64,000 nucleotides of DNA, taken from Lytechinus pictus. Lineage: Eukaryota. The notes beneath the pieces were generated by a model. It ran no database searches and was not told the origin of the DNA. It was given only the letters and a program-made list of their open reading frames with translations. A program made the translations under genes and the position numbers. Below, in pieces: positions 39,901-50,330 of this stretch. Position 1 is the first letter of the stretch. Each line of letters starts with the position of its first letter. The stretch lies in the NCBI RefSeq assembly GCF_037042905.1, contig NC_087245.1, positions 16,368,001 through 16,432,000 of the forward strand. Reading direction: 5' to 3'.

Positions 39901-42900
39901 ATTGTCCAACAAAAATTTTGAATTGACAGTCGTTTTTGTAGGGGATATTTCAATTTGTTTGTTGTGACTAGCTTGACGCCACACTATTGAAGAATCCTGA
40001 CCTTACCGTATTTTCCTCAGAAGATGCCAGATTTTCATCAAATTTTCTGAAGAGTATTTTGAAACATCTGGAAATATGATGTTAACATTTTATTAACGCC
40101 TGACCTTTTGCTTTGAGTCCATTGCCATTTGAAAATGAGACTCTCGTAAAACAGGAGTGTGACTCGCGGGACAAGTATCATATTGGACTGTATTGGACTG
40201 ACTGACTTCAAAACTTTAAGTTTAAACATCAACTATTAACCGATGTGTTGGCTCAGTTGGTAGAGCGTCCGTCTCACAACCGGGAGGTCAGGGGTTCAAA
40301 CACCGGCCGCGTCAGACCAAAAGACGTTAAAAGATGGGAGTTGCTGCTACCCTGTTTGGCGTTCAACGATTAAAGGGATAGAGCCTCGTCGATCTGGCGC
40401 TGCACAGCGGCTGCCGGGCCCACGATCAATTGGGCAAAGCAAATTTTCGGAGTATTTCATTTCATGTCTATTTCGAACAATAAATTATGGATTTATCATT
40501 TATCATTTATTATACTTCTGAATATTTGTTTTCATCGCCTGCTGTATTTTGATTCCTTATTAATATCTACTCAACCATAGATATTCAAACTTTGAATAAA
40601 TGCTTATGATTTGACCTGCAAATAACTTTCTTCACATTTCATCATTTATGCATGTTCATGCTCCCAAGTAAATAATATCGGTCCCGAACACGAATTTGGC
40701 TCAAACTTCTGTTCGGGAACCTTGCACATAATCATTCTGGATGGACTGCACAAACGTACAATCATGGCATAGAAGTGTTGGCTCCACTAACAGGCACTTG
40801 AAATCAAATTTTCATACACATTGGCCAAGTTCCTTGAAACTATAACTTAGCCTATTAAACTTTATGGAAATCCCACATAAACATGTGGTAAATAATGAAC
40901 CATTAATACTTATACTTCAGTATCCTGAATCCTTTCCCTGGTTCTGCCTTCAAAACACAATGATCTCACCTTAGTAGCATCCAGCGCTGATCCTATAAAT
41001 GACATCAGACCTCTGTATTGACCTTCATACAGCAACGGGTCACCCTCGCTGAAGAGCAGCATTAAAAAAAAAAAAATCAAAATTAAAGGTTATACGAGTG
41101 TTTGCTATTGGATAAGTAGTGTAAAACTGAAGCTGTCTCATATTGTCAAAATTCCACGAAAGCATACAAGACATCATTTGACATTGCATCCTTGTAATCT
41201 GGTGATGTTTTAAGATGAATAATTCAAATTTCACATTGCAACGGTCACAGTCTATGCAATGCTCCTATAAATAATGTGGGGAGCTTCCCACATAGAATGT
41301 GTATATAGAATGTGTATAGATTGCATACATATTTGCACACATCTTCGCAGTAACAGAAATCTCATTGGTTCTTCACACAAGTGGCTTTGTATGAGAACCA
41401 ATCTTTGTATTTTTAAATATTTTCAAAACAAATGTTTCCTGTGTTTGTTGGTTTATTTTTTGTTTTTGTTTTTTCTTTTATGTAAAATATCATGTTCATT
41501 CTAGCTCACATATCTAGATATCGAAAGTTCCAGTTATCCCACAACTGAACAAGAAGTTTAGGTCCAATTAGCGATGAAATTTGAATGTCTCAGTACAGAA
41601 GCATATAAATCATTAATTTTCAGAAATCCTTGGAGAACATTTCTTTTTAGGAACAACAGCATTTTAAGAATATATATGAATTTCTAGTGAAAGATAAAAA
41701 TTCACACAGTTTACACAGTATATATATATTTTTATTCATTCTTCTGATGAGTTCCGGATAATCTTTAGGCTTCTGTATCAAGTTATTGGACCAAACCACA
41801 AAATGTGGTTACTTTGAAGTTTAAACCATATTAGGTTAGACTCGAGCCTGATATACCTTGTATATGCTGATAGGGCAGATGATACATCCTGGTCGGTATT
41901 AGAAGCATTCTCTGAGGTCTCTTGGATGTTAGCTTCTTTTCTCAACAGCTCTTCAGTACCCTGTCAAAATCAAGACAAACAAAGAAAAATGATTTATGTT
42001 ATCATGGAACAAGATACGCCAGTGTGTTGTTTTCGCATGATTCGATGTTGCAATCGCAAAGTGTAAGCGCGCCACCTTGTGTCGGTCTCTTGGCCATGGT
42101 TATTAAAGACAGTCACACGTAACCTCAAAGTTGTCTAGTTTATTTACTTCTTTTACATTAGGTTGGCCCTTATTAAGCAATGGCGATACATTTAAGGGAA
42201 AATGGAGAAATCAATTCTTGTTTAACATGGACAATTGAGTGAAATGAACAAATGATGAAAGGAAATAAGAGATTACCAGTATAGGAAATTTTCTTTTTTT
42301 TCAAATTGCGAGGTAAGTATGCTATACTAACCTCACACTACGAACACGATTACACAATGGATTTTTGAGTTGTCGGTAAACATCGCTACTCACCGGGGCT
42401 CTTTACGGTAAGAATCTATCCGTTTCTTTCCCTTGTACTAGTGTCTTTGATATGAATATAAATGGCGCGCCCTCTTTACATGAATCAGGGATGCCACTAG
42501 GTGTCCTCCAAAAATACTGAAACTTATCGATCGCGGGCCGGGATAGTGTCCAAGAAATTTTTTTTTAGGGGGGGTCCACCTTTAATTTTGGGATGGACAC
42601 ATGTCACAGGTAAAAAATTGGACAAGCAAAAAAAAAAAAAAAAAAATAGGAGGGGGGGGTCCGCCCCCACCTCAAATTTAGGGGAGGGGGAGGACCAAGT
42701 GGTTTCTTACCTTGTTGTGATCGATGACTTTGAAGTCAATTAGGTTTGAAAAACTGACGGTAGTTAGTTGTGTGTTTCTCATAGAACGCTAGACCAAATG
42801 CTTCAGTCTCTGTATTTTGGTTGTTCAGCTGAACCGCGTTGGCTCTACTCACCAATACATAGACTGAAGAGTTGTTGGCCCGTACATAAAGACAACGTAT

Positions 42901-45900
42901 CAGCTAACCCAGGGAGCTCCGGCCCGCAAAGCGGGCCGGGGCTAGCTGATACGTAACCCAAGGAGCTCCGGCCCGCTTTCCGGGCCGGTGCTCCCTGGGT
43001 TCCGTATCAGCATGCAGCAGTAACGTTAGATCTAACATTCGGCGGAAACCCGATTTTCGGATCGTTTTTGGTACATAAAATGTCACATTATAAAAAAATA
43101 ATTACATCCAAACTTACGAGAAAATATATAAAATTCAGAAACATCGTACCTTAGACCGCAGTTACCGCTAATTCCTTTCAAATGATGATCAAAACTTAGT
43201 CATCCTCGATTCCTTCATTGGTCATCGTAAGTTGCCATCTTGGATGACGTCATCATCTGTACAGACGTATTTACCAGTCGCTATTATACCGCGATTCGTG
43301 CCGCTACTTTGCGCTTGTCTATGTGCGTGCGTTTGGAACTTGTCGCTCGCATTGATTGGCCAGGATATCGATAATTCTAATCAGATAGCCTTGATAAAAG
43401 CATAACTCCATGAACGTAGTAGGCAGTGCGCGCGTTTATAATTTATGTACTGTATAAAAGCAAATATCTCGGGGAAATATCTCTCACTCGGTCGATCGAC
43501 ATGCATCGCAATCGGAAGAAATAGGGGGGAAAAAAGGAGGACTTTCCGTTTTTTTTAATACACAGAAAACAGGAAAAGTCGGAAATACGGAAATAAGACA
43601 GATAGCAGGAAAAAAGCCGGAATTCCGTATAAATACGGAAAAGTGGCATCCCTGATGAATATTAAAAACGGCGAGTCTTCACAATTGTCCAGACCATATT
43701 TCGTCAACGAGAAGAAAAATCAGCAGTTAAATTAATATGTTTGAGGATATTCATGATACTAGGCACTCATTCAGTGAACAAGGTTATGATATAACCTTGT
43801 TCTCTGTTACTACTCCATGTGTGGCAAAATAAGGTTGGCAATGTTTGGCTTATTTCCTTATTTCTTATTAAATCAAATGCTTGATTTTTTGACACGGCCA
43901 GTTTCCATTACAGCTATTCATCATATAACTTGGCTCTTAAGTAAATTTGATTCTTTAAATTATTTTTTCACAATTAAAACCAGAGATTGAAAAATTACAA
44001 TTTTCTTGCCATTATCACTTTCCACCAATAGAGGGCATACACAAAAATGTTTTTGTATTTTTTGTACTTATATACTTGCATTGGCCGATAAATATCATGA
44101 ATCGTAATTCATTATATTTATCAGCCGATGCAAGTATTTTGCGTTTAATCATATTTATCTGCCGATGCAAGTATTTTTTTAATCTAAGTTGCCACTGCTT
44201 ATGATATTGTTGCCCTCTATACGTATCTTGTAGCTAGGCTTTAATAACAAAGACGGCAAGATGGCGACAATAACAGACTGTGACTTAACGCTCCTGGCCC
44301 TGCTCTCAATTATTTTTCTTATTTTTGCGATTTATTTGAATAAATACACGCAACATTAGTGTGTGCCGGGGGTAGATATACTTTTAGCCTAATAAGTTTG
44401 GGCTCAAACGTTTAGCCTAAAAGTAAAGAAAACAAATATCTTTGAGCAATATTGTTGTCTCCAAAATACTCAGTTTGTGTAGAGCAATGGCATCCGGTCC
44501 CTGGCTCCGTGGAGATTAAGCACGTCAGTTATGTGACATTAATCTCCAGGAGCCTCCTGGCTAGGCACATCCTAGACCAAAAGTTTGGTCTCTGTTATGT
44601 TGATTGTTCCGCTGAACTCCGTTGGCTCCACTCACTAAATACATAGACCGAAGTTAAACCTTCGTCTGTACAGGGGCTCAATGGCCACCGCGAATTTCTT
44701 GTTTTTCTCCTCGATACCGTGATATTTTCCACCAACAGTCCATACACATGTACCTATAGGTGGAAATATTTAAGTAATGACAGTTTCTTGCCCTAAATTC
44801 CCGCTTTGATACTGGCATTTAGGGGATTGACTCTGGAAGTTGACACTTGCCACTCGGAGGGTGGGCAGCCATCTTGGTAATGACTAATTCATGAAAAAGT
44901 GGCCGACGAAATTCAGACTCCACCCCATGACCCTTACGTAACACATTACAGTGCCCGAATGTGGAAGTTTTATCAGCTTGCCGCCCGACGTGAGTGCGAG
45001 CACACACAAGTTACCCCGTGAAAATAAAAAAAGGGGAAATAAAGAATAAAACAAAAAGTAAAAAAAAAAGAGAGAGAGAAAACAAACATTAATAAGGAAA
45101 AAAACGGTCAGAAATATTAATTTTCATAAACCCGACATAAAAAGATGATCTGATTGCCAATGGTTCGATATGCAGTTGAGCCGAAAGTTCTTTCAACGGC
45201 ATATATTTGTGTGTTATATCGACTTCGGATAGACGAGTGAACTAGGAGCCCCGGGGGGTACTCGACCAAAAAAGTAGTAGGTATGTGCTGCGGGCGAGAC
45301 AATAAACGGGGGCCTTGGAGCGGGCTTATTGTAAAAAGGAGGGTCCTCGGAACGCACTTCGGAACTACAAATGTTTGTGAAAACTAGGCCTGGGACTTTC
45401 AGGTATTTTTGTCTTCGGGTACCCATGGTAATTTTCGGGCGGGTACCTGAAAATCATGTCGCATGAAATATGACTGGTGGAAAAACCCCAAAGGTGACGT
45501 CATCCAGCCACTGCGCCGCAAGCAAACTTATGAATTAAAAAATATAGTAAGCTTGCACAGTGCAAGCCTCCCGTGCCTCACGCAGTATTCCATCAAAACA
45601 AGTCTGCAATACTCTGTCACCTCGTACAAAAATCGACCTAGAATTCCACTTTCCTATATTTCATATTAATCATGAAAGGTACAATGTATGCTCGGAGGAT
45701 CTATTTTCTAACCAATACCACACAGGTAAGCAAATTTTAATTACATCTTGCTTTTCCGTCAAAATCTTACGAAGTAGCGTCGATATTACATCATGTTCGT
45801 GAGTTTGTAGAATCTATAGCTACATGCACAAAGTCAATTGATTTCCGGGTAGTTTTGGAGCGCCGAATGCGCCAGCCAATCACGATCGTGTTACCATAAG

Positions 45901-48900
45901 GTATATCGCTAATTAGAACCGCAATGCATTATGGGATCGAAAAGGGGGCCGTTAGCTAACGGCCACCTTATTCCTGGTTCCCGAGGCTTCCGGGCGGGAC
46001 CCGGGTTTTAGTCCCAGCCCTAGTGAAAACAGGGGTCCTTGGAACGGGTCACCTGCATGTGAGTGCGTATGCATCCCTATGGAACGGGCATACGCGCGTG
46101 CAGCTAGCCTGGCGGCACGGGCCCCGGATGCGCTAGCGCAGAGGCAATGGTCAAACAGCACTTTGCGGCTGCTTTTCACCAAAATTGCGGCTCATTGTAG
46201 CAGATCCATGCGACCGGAACGGCGTAACGGAAAATATGCGAAGCTATGGAGCGGATTTCTTTCTTTTTTTTTCTCGATAAGAAAATGCTATGCTTTGGAG
46301 CGGCTTTCTTTGTTCTTTTTCTCAATAAGACAAAAATGCTATGCCTTGGATCGGAAGTTGAGTGTAAAAATGGGGGTCCCCTCCGGGGCACATACCCACT
46401 TAGACAGCTGGCAGCCGTCTGTTTCGATTTTTTTTTCTAACATTGTTTATTTTTTAAATTTCTCCTCATACACAGACGGCTCGCTATCGTGCAGCCACCA
46501 TTAGGGGACTTACAATGCAAAATCCCCCCGTCGGGGCTCTTCAATTTTTGTCTTCAATTTTTGACTTTTGAAAATTAACGCGACCACAATGCAAATTAAT
46601 ATTCCCTCTTGGCATTAATTGCCAAAAAACGGGGAAAACCAAGTTAAAAGGAACAAAAACAGTGACTTACCTCGGCTGTCGCGCAACTTCACTGCCCTGT
46701 TTTATCCGAACTTAATACACATAAACATATGGCCATTGAGTCCCCTGTACAGATCGCGCTAGAACTTCGGTCTATGTATTTGGTGAGTGAAGCCAACGGA
46801 GTTCAGCTGAACAACCAACATAACAGAGACCGAAGCTTTTGGTCTAATACCCACTATGCATTATATACTGAGTGCCCCCCCCCTAACCTCGTATTAGTGT
46901 GAGTGCTGACAGCCCAGCCCAGGCCATCAATTAACTGAAAACTAAAGATAGATGAGCTGAGACTTGAGCCCAACGTTATATTAGGGTGTCTGGAGAAAAA
47001 AATTATTTTTCTTATTTCAAGAAAATATCACATTTTCTTTGTGGATTTGAAGAGAAATGACCTTCAGACTGACAGAAATGTAAAAATCCAATTATTGGCT
47101 GCAAAAGAGAAGAATGAAATTAGGTCAATTTTCAGAATTTCTCTGCCATAGACTGTGTAGTTAAGAAATGGACACACACAAATTTTTAGCTTCCGAGAGC
47201 TGTTATAAATTTATTATTAATGCCAAAAACTTGTCCATAAAGAGTCCAATAGGATTTTTTATGCTCTATCTGATGGTACGATTTTTATATAGATTTGGAA
47301 ACCAGATCACCATGAAAAATTGCGACAAAGTGAAAAAAATTGTGCAAAACAGAAATTTCATATTCCCATAGAAAACGCATGGAGAAATGGCAATCTCAAC
47401 ACACACAAAAATAAGGGTTTGAAATTTATATCTCTAAATCCTTATTTAAAATGATCATATAAACTTGTCCTTACTGTCAAAAGAAGCCCCTGAATTTTCT
47501 CTTTCCATACATGCCAAACACAACTTCACAAGTTAATAATCAATTCAGATCACATTTTTCTATTAGTAGCCACTCCTAGTACCAATGAGGTCCAAACATT
47601 AACATGTATGGACCTCATAGGCGACAATGCGTTAAAAACAGGTTAGAAGTCCTGCACCCAAGTATTTTTATGATATTAGTGATTATTACTCGAAAAATGC
47701 AAGCTTTGTCCTCATTTGTTTAGCATTTATTAAAAAATTGCCCATTAACTATAATCCTTCTCATACTTTAAATGTTATAAAATAAAGGGAAACTTACATT
47801 TGAGTCCTTTTTCAATCTTTTCTTGGCAGTCAGTCCGGTCCCGTCGAGTGCGATCAAAGCGGTACGAAGCTGATTTTCAGATCACGTGATACGAGTAGTC
47901 ATCACCTAATCGATCGACTATCCTTTTTTAAAGACCGCAACAATTATAAATTCTATTATAAAATATATATAGAATAAATAATTGCATGATATTATATATA
48001 TTTCTACAATTAAAAATATTTTGTGATATGAATTTAATATTTGACGTAAAAATCGCTATTTAACAAAATATTTATTAAAAAATAAAAAATCAAACAAAAT
48101 AAAAACGCCTTGGACACAGTGCAAAAAACCTAACAATTTGGCCGCGTTCTTAACAACTATCGTAAGGGGCGCTCTATTTATAAATAAAAAAGAATGTACA
48201 GCTGTCTACCGCGACGTGGTTTGTCGCAAGATTTGGGACAAATCCGTGGAAATTCTTGAGAAAATACATCAAAAGAACTGGTGAGTACCGATTAAACATT
48301 ATCAAAGTAGTAAATAGGTTATACATAACTTGTAGATATATATTTTAAATTGATATTGATGCTTAGTTCCAAGCTAGGGCGGCCCAAATGTGCGTGAGTG
48401 GAGTCCCAGTCTATTATTTATTAACACGGGTAAGTATTGGGGTGTCGCCTAGAGTGTTAGTACTAAATAGTAGCCTGAACCACTCCTAGTACCAATGAGG
48501 TCCAACATTACATGTATGGACCTCATAGGCGACATCAGTAGTATTTTTGGTTAGAAATCTCTGAGAACAGGATATTTATATATTATATCACAAGTACAAG
48601 CTATATTCCTTTCTCTTATTTAAATTATAATTTTATAGTGTAAATGCATCGTTAGCAACAACAAAAAATGAAAGAAATGAAGGGGAACTTACATTTTCAC
48701 GGCTTTTTCCTGATTTTCTGGGCAGCTGCTCTTCTCTTCTGACTCGCGATCGAAGCTGATATGAAGATCACGTGATTCGCGTTCTCGGCAGCTGATCGGT
48801 TGGTTATTCTTTTCGTCAGACGTTAATAATATATATTTTATAATGCTAGCATTCATCGCTAATTTAGGTGAAAGAGATTGAAGTTAAACAGCGCCAGGTC

Positions 48901-49825
48901 GCAATCATAATTATTTTGGAAGAGTTTATTTATACACTCGATCTCATACCTGACGTAGACGGCGCTATTCAACAAATGCACAATCTTCAATATAAAAAAT
49001 AAAACAGAAAGAACGCCTTGAACACAGGCCAAAATGCCTAACGATTTCTCCGCGGCATTAACAACTATCGTAAAGGGCGCTCCATTTATCAATAAAGATG
49101 GATGCTAAGCTGTCTATGGCGACAAAATTTGCCGCAAATATTTTCGAAGAATTGTGAGAAATGGTCTGAAAATGCAACAAAAGAACCGGTGAGTACCGAT
49201 TAAACATTATCAATTTATTTAATAGAACATATTTAATGACTACAATGTAGGCCTAACAATTTCTAGATAATATTGCTTAGTTCTAAGCTAGGGCGGCCCA
49301 AATGCGCGTGAGTGGAGTCCCAGTTTATTAGTTGGGGTGTCGCCTAGAGTGGCCTGAACTTCCCCCCAAAAATGTGCCATACCGGTATTTTGCCCTAAAA
49401 TAATCAGCCTGTTTTATGCTGACACTTTTCAGTGTGGCTTCAGACACCATAGTTATATCTTGATCCAATCCATATCAAGTCTAATGTAATGATTAGCTAA
49501 ACAGATGTAACTTAGAGTTAGACAGACAAACTTTTTTTGTGTTGAAGTTAAAAAAAAAGTTAAACAAACACACACACACACAGATATTTATGCATGGGGA
49601 CGGGCAATGCACTGCAGCACAGATTTTTATCTCTGCAAGTGCAAAGGTGGACACCCTGGAACTCACTTTCAGGTTATTTTTCCTCAAGAACTGTAAAACT
49701 GCAGACAAGGTCTGACTATCCATCGATTGCTGACCGGTCGATTCCTCATTTCCCTCAATAGCATTGGTATCAGCAGGTTTTTCGCAAAGTAAATCTTGCT
49801 CTAATTCTTCCATGGGTTCCGCCAT
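27883..49825 (-). CDS. TAF5: Transcription initiation factor TFIID subunit 5, 17 coding exons, ~678 aa
   Basis: Exons 49825-49667, 41960-41857, 41048-40970, 39743-39665, 39271-39148, 38555-38437, 37386-37309, 36737-36637, 35465-35374, 33794-33675, 32861-32682, 31928-31740, 31041-30930, 30456-30343, 29839-29662, 28603-28510 and 27997-27883 sum to 2037 nt in one frame, all GT-AG. TAF5 motifs: [12 protein letters not shown] (LisH), [20 protein letters not shown] (NTD2), [31 protein letters not shown], the WD40 repeats and [10 protein letters not shown]. Confidence 0.96.
28510..28603 (-). CDS. TAF5: TAF5 exon 16 ([14 protein letters not shown]...)
   Basis: WD40; GT-AG. Confidence 0.93.
28660..29247. 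mobile_element. TTAA-flanked MITE (Kolobok-like AGG...CCT ends) with ~195-bp TIRs, TAF5 intron 15
   Basis: ttaa|agggatggtcc...ggaccatccct|ttaa; the arms are near-perfect reverse complements. Confidence 0.92.
29662..29839 (-). CDS. TAF5: TAF5 exon 15 ([28 protein letters not shown]...NVLAS)
   Basis: WD40; GT-AG. Confidence 0.95.
30343..30456 (-). CDS. TAF5: TAF5 exon 14 ([24 protein letters not shown]...GHK)
   Basis: WD40; GT-AG. Confidence 0.96.
30930..31041 (-). CDS. TAF5: TAF5 exon 13 ([37 protein letters not shown])
   Basis: WD40; GT-AG. Confidence 0.96.
31740..31928 (-). CDS. TAF5: TAF5 exon 12 ([33 protein letters not shown]...[11 protein letters not shown])
   Basis: WD40; GT-AG. Confidence 0.96.
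32682..32861 (-). CDS. TAF5: TAF5 exon 11 (WD1: [25 protein letters not shown]...LERIMDD)
   Basis: GT-AG. Confidence 0.94.
33358..33510 (-). mobile_element. Internally deleted tRNA-derived SINE
   Basis: Minus strand starts GGGTGCGTCGTGGTCTAGTGG (A box), has no B box, and ends ...aaagcgctatataa...(TAT)n, a LINE-like tail. Confidence 0.6.
33675..33794 (-). CDS. TAF5: TAF5 exon 10 (KDADKLER...[14 protein letters not shown])
   Basis: GT-AG. Confidence 0.94.
34737..35319. mobile_element. TTAA-flanked MITE (Kolobok-like) with long imperfect TIRs, TAF5 intron 9
   Basis: ttaa|aggagaatgaaac...gtttcattctcct|ttaa; the inner arm atcggcaatgcgaccaagatctgtgatgtcacacacgtacaactc is mirrored at 35124-35170. 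Confidence 0.9.
35374..35465 (-). CDS. TAF5: TAF5 exon 9 (KKKPKKDP...[14 protein letters not shown])
   Basis: GT-AG; basic NLS-like stretch. Confidence 0.93.
35887..36439. mobile_element. Foldback/MITE with TAGTACGGGGTTAAG-type internal repeats, TAF5 intron 8
   Basis: TIR taccctttttacac / gtgtaaaaagggta; many ttaaccccgtacta / tagtacggggttaa units in both orientations. Confidence 0.85.
36637..36737 (-). CDS. TAF5: TAF5 exon 8 ([15 protein letters not shown]...EDKPK)
   Basis: GT-AG; conserved YGLLKEP. Confidence 0.92.
37309..37386 (-). CDS. TAF5: TAF5 exon 7 ([26 protein letters not shown])
   Basis: GT-AG; conserved motif. Confidence 0.92.
37848..38022. mobile_element. Palindromic element with a central ggggcttcgcccc hairpin (Crypton-like non-autonomous, tentative)
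   Basis: acaaatataccaggc / gcctggtatatttgt arms; inner arms gggaattatt..ctggcat / atgccag..aataattccc. Confidence 0.6.
38437..38555 (-). CDS. TAF5: TAF5 exon 6 ([21 protein letters not shown]...EHLYID)
   Basis: GT-AG; conserved end of NTD2. Confidence 0.93.
39148..39271 (-). CDS. TAF5: TAF5 exon 5 ([23 protein letters not shown]...MNFR)
   Basis: GT-AG; phase 1/2. Confidence 0.92.
39665..39743 (-). CDS. TAF5: TAF5 exon 4 ([26 protein letters not shown])
   Basis: NTD2 signature; GT-AG. Confidence 0.95.
40241..40510 (+). mobile_element. tRNA-derived SINE, antisense within TAF5 intron 3
   Basis: A box TGGCTCAGTTGG, anticodon-like arm ccgtcTCACAAccgg, B box GGTTCAAACAC, ~190-nt body, (TTTATCA)n tail. 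The acceptor stem does not pair, so it is not a tRNA gene. Confidence 0.8.
40970..41048 (-). CDS. TAF5: TAF5 exon 3 ([26 protein letters not shown])
   Basis: Phase-compatible; start of NTD2. Confidence 0.9.
41857..41960 (-). CDS. TAF5: TAF5 exon 2 ([11 protein letters not shown]...VSSALSAYT)
   Basis: GT-AG boundaries; completes the LisH helix. Confidence 0.88.
42486..43654. mobile_element. Composite non-autonomous DNA transposon with 6-bp TSD
   Basis: 13-bp perfect TIR cagggatgccact / agtggcatccctg; ATGAAT on both sides. Confidence 0.8.
45385..46022. mobile_element. Nested hAT-like MITE
   Basis: TIR taggcctgggact / agtcccagcccta; perfect 8-bp TSD GTGAAAAC (45377-45384, 46023-46030). Confidence 0.88.
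46401..46846. mobile_element. Nested element with TAGAC...GTCTA ends and 9-bp TSD
   Basis: ATACCCACT at 46392-46400 and 46847-46855; related copies or termini at ~42790, ~44572 and ~50645-51092. Confidence 0.85.
47571..48456. mobile_element. Non-autonomous DNA transposon copy A (CACTC...GAGTG ends)
   Basis: Homologous to copy B; flanks ttagtagc / ttagtact (degenerate 8-bp TSD). Confidence 0.8.
48481..49351. mobile_element. Non-autonomous DNA transposon copy B (CACTC...GAGTG ends, 8-bp TSD)
   Basis: Perfect TSD GCCTGAAC at 48473-48480 and 49352-49359. Confidence 0.88.
49667..49825 (-). CDS. TAF5: TAF5 exon 1 ([10 protein letters not shown]...[13 protein letters not shown])
   Basis: caaaaATGGCGG start; donor AAA|gtgagt; an alternative in-frame ATG lies at 49837. 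Confidence 0.88.
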
Positions 49826-50330
49826 TTTTGGTAACATAAGTTGATAACAAATTTAAAAAAAAAAATTTTCGAGGATGGAATAGAAATAAATGGATATACA
49901 TGAATACATTTAAAAGTTATTTGCCTTAAGAAAACAATTAATTTGTATCGGTTATGTGAAAATTCTTTGATGGATTTTATCATCGAACGCATGATGTGTT
50001 GTTTGTGTTTCTTTTTCTTAAATCGGCAACTTACAACCAATACGCTCTCTCTTTATCTAGGCATCGCTCACAGTTGACACTCGTCAACTGCGGTGCTTCC
50101 CAAATCTGTTTAAATCCTTCTTTTGAAGGATAATCAGCACCTCAAACTTCCAGTACCTATAAAAGAAGTTTTAATACGTATAATTAGAGGATGAGGGATA
50201 AGGTGAGATTTATTCGAAACATTTATTTATATGTGTAAATTGGTGCGTGTTGATCTGCGTAACGAGGTGATGTGTGGTGAATTAGAGTGACTGTAGGCCT
50301 AGGCCTACAGCGCGGTGGAGCTGAGGTGTG
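49818..50330 (-). promoter_or_regulatory. Probable TAF5 5' UTR/promoter region, with a YY1-like CCGCCATTTT overlapping the start codon
   Basis: Lies directly upstream of the first coding exon; no AG acceptor just before the ATG; CCGCCATTTT at 49819-49828. TSS not determined. Confidence 0.4.

Larger units (their letters stand above)
45249..46883. mobile_element. Host MITE (cccggggggtactc...gagtgccccccccc) interrupted by two nested insertions
   Basis: Ends resemble those of the 14525 element; the sequence resumes across both inner TSDs; outer TSD not visible. Confidence 0.65.

Noticed and set aside
40241-40315. tRNA-Val(CAC) gene
   Set aside because: The acceptor stem does not pair, and the sequence runs into a SINE body and simple-repeat tail.
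45952-46504. ORFs of up to 141 aa as a transposase
   Set aside because: They cross MITE junctions and have no DDE or zinc-finger motifs.
47571-49351. Transib/ProtoRAG-type element because of CAC...GTG ends
   Set aside because: The TSD is 8 bp rather than 5 bp, there is no heptamer-spacer-nonamer pattern, and there is no RAG1/2-like coding sequence.
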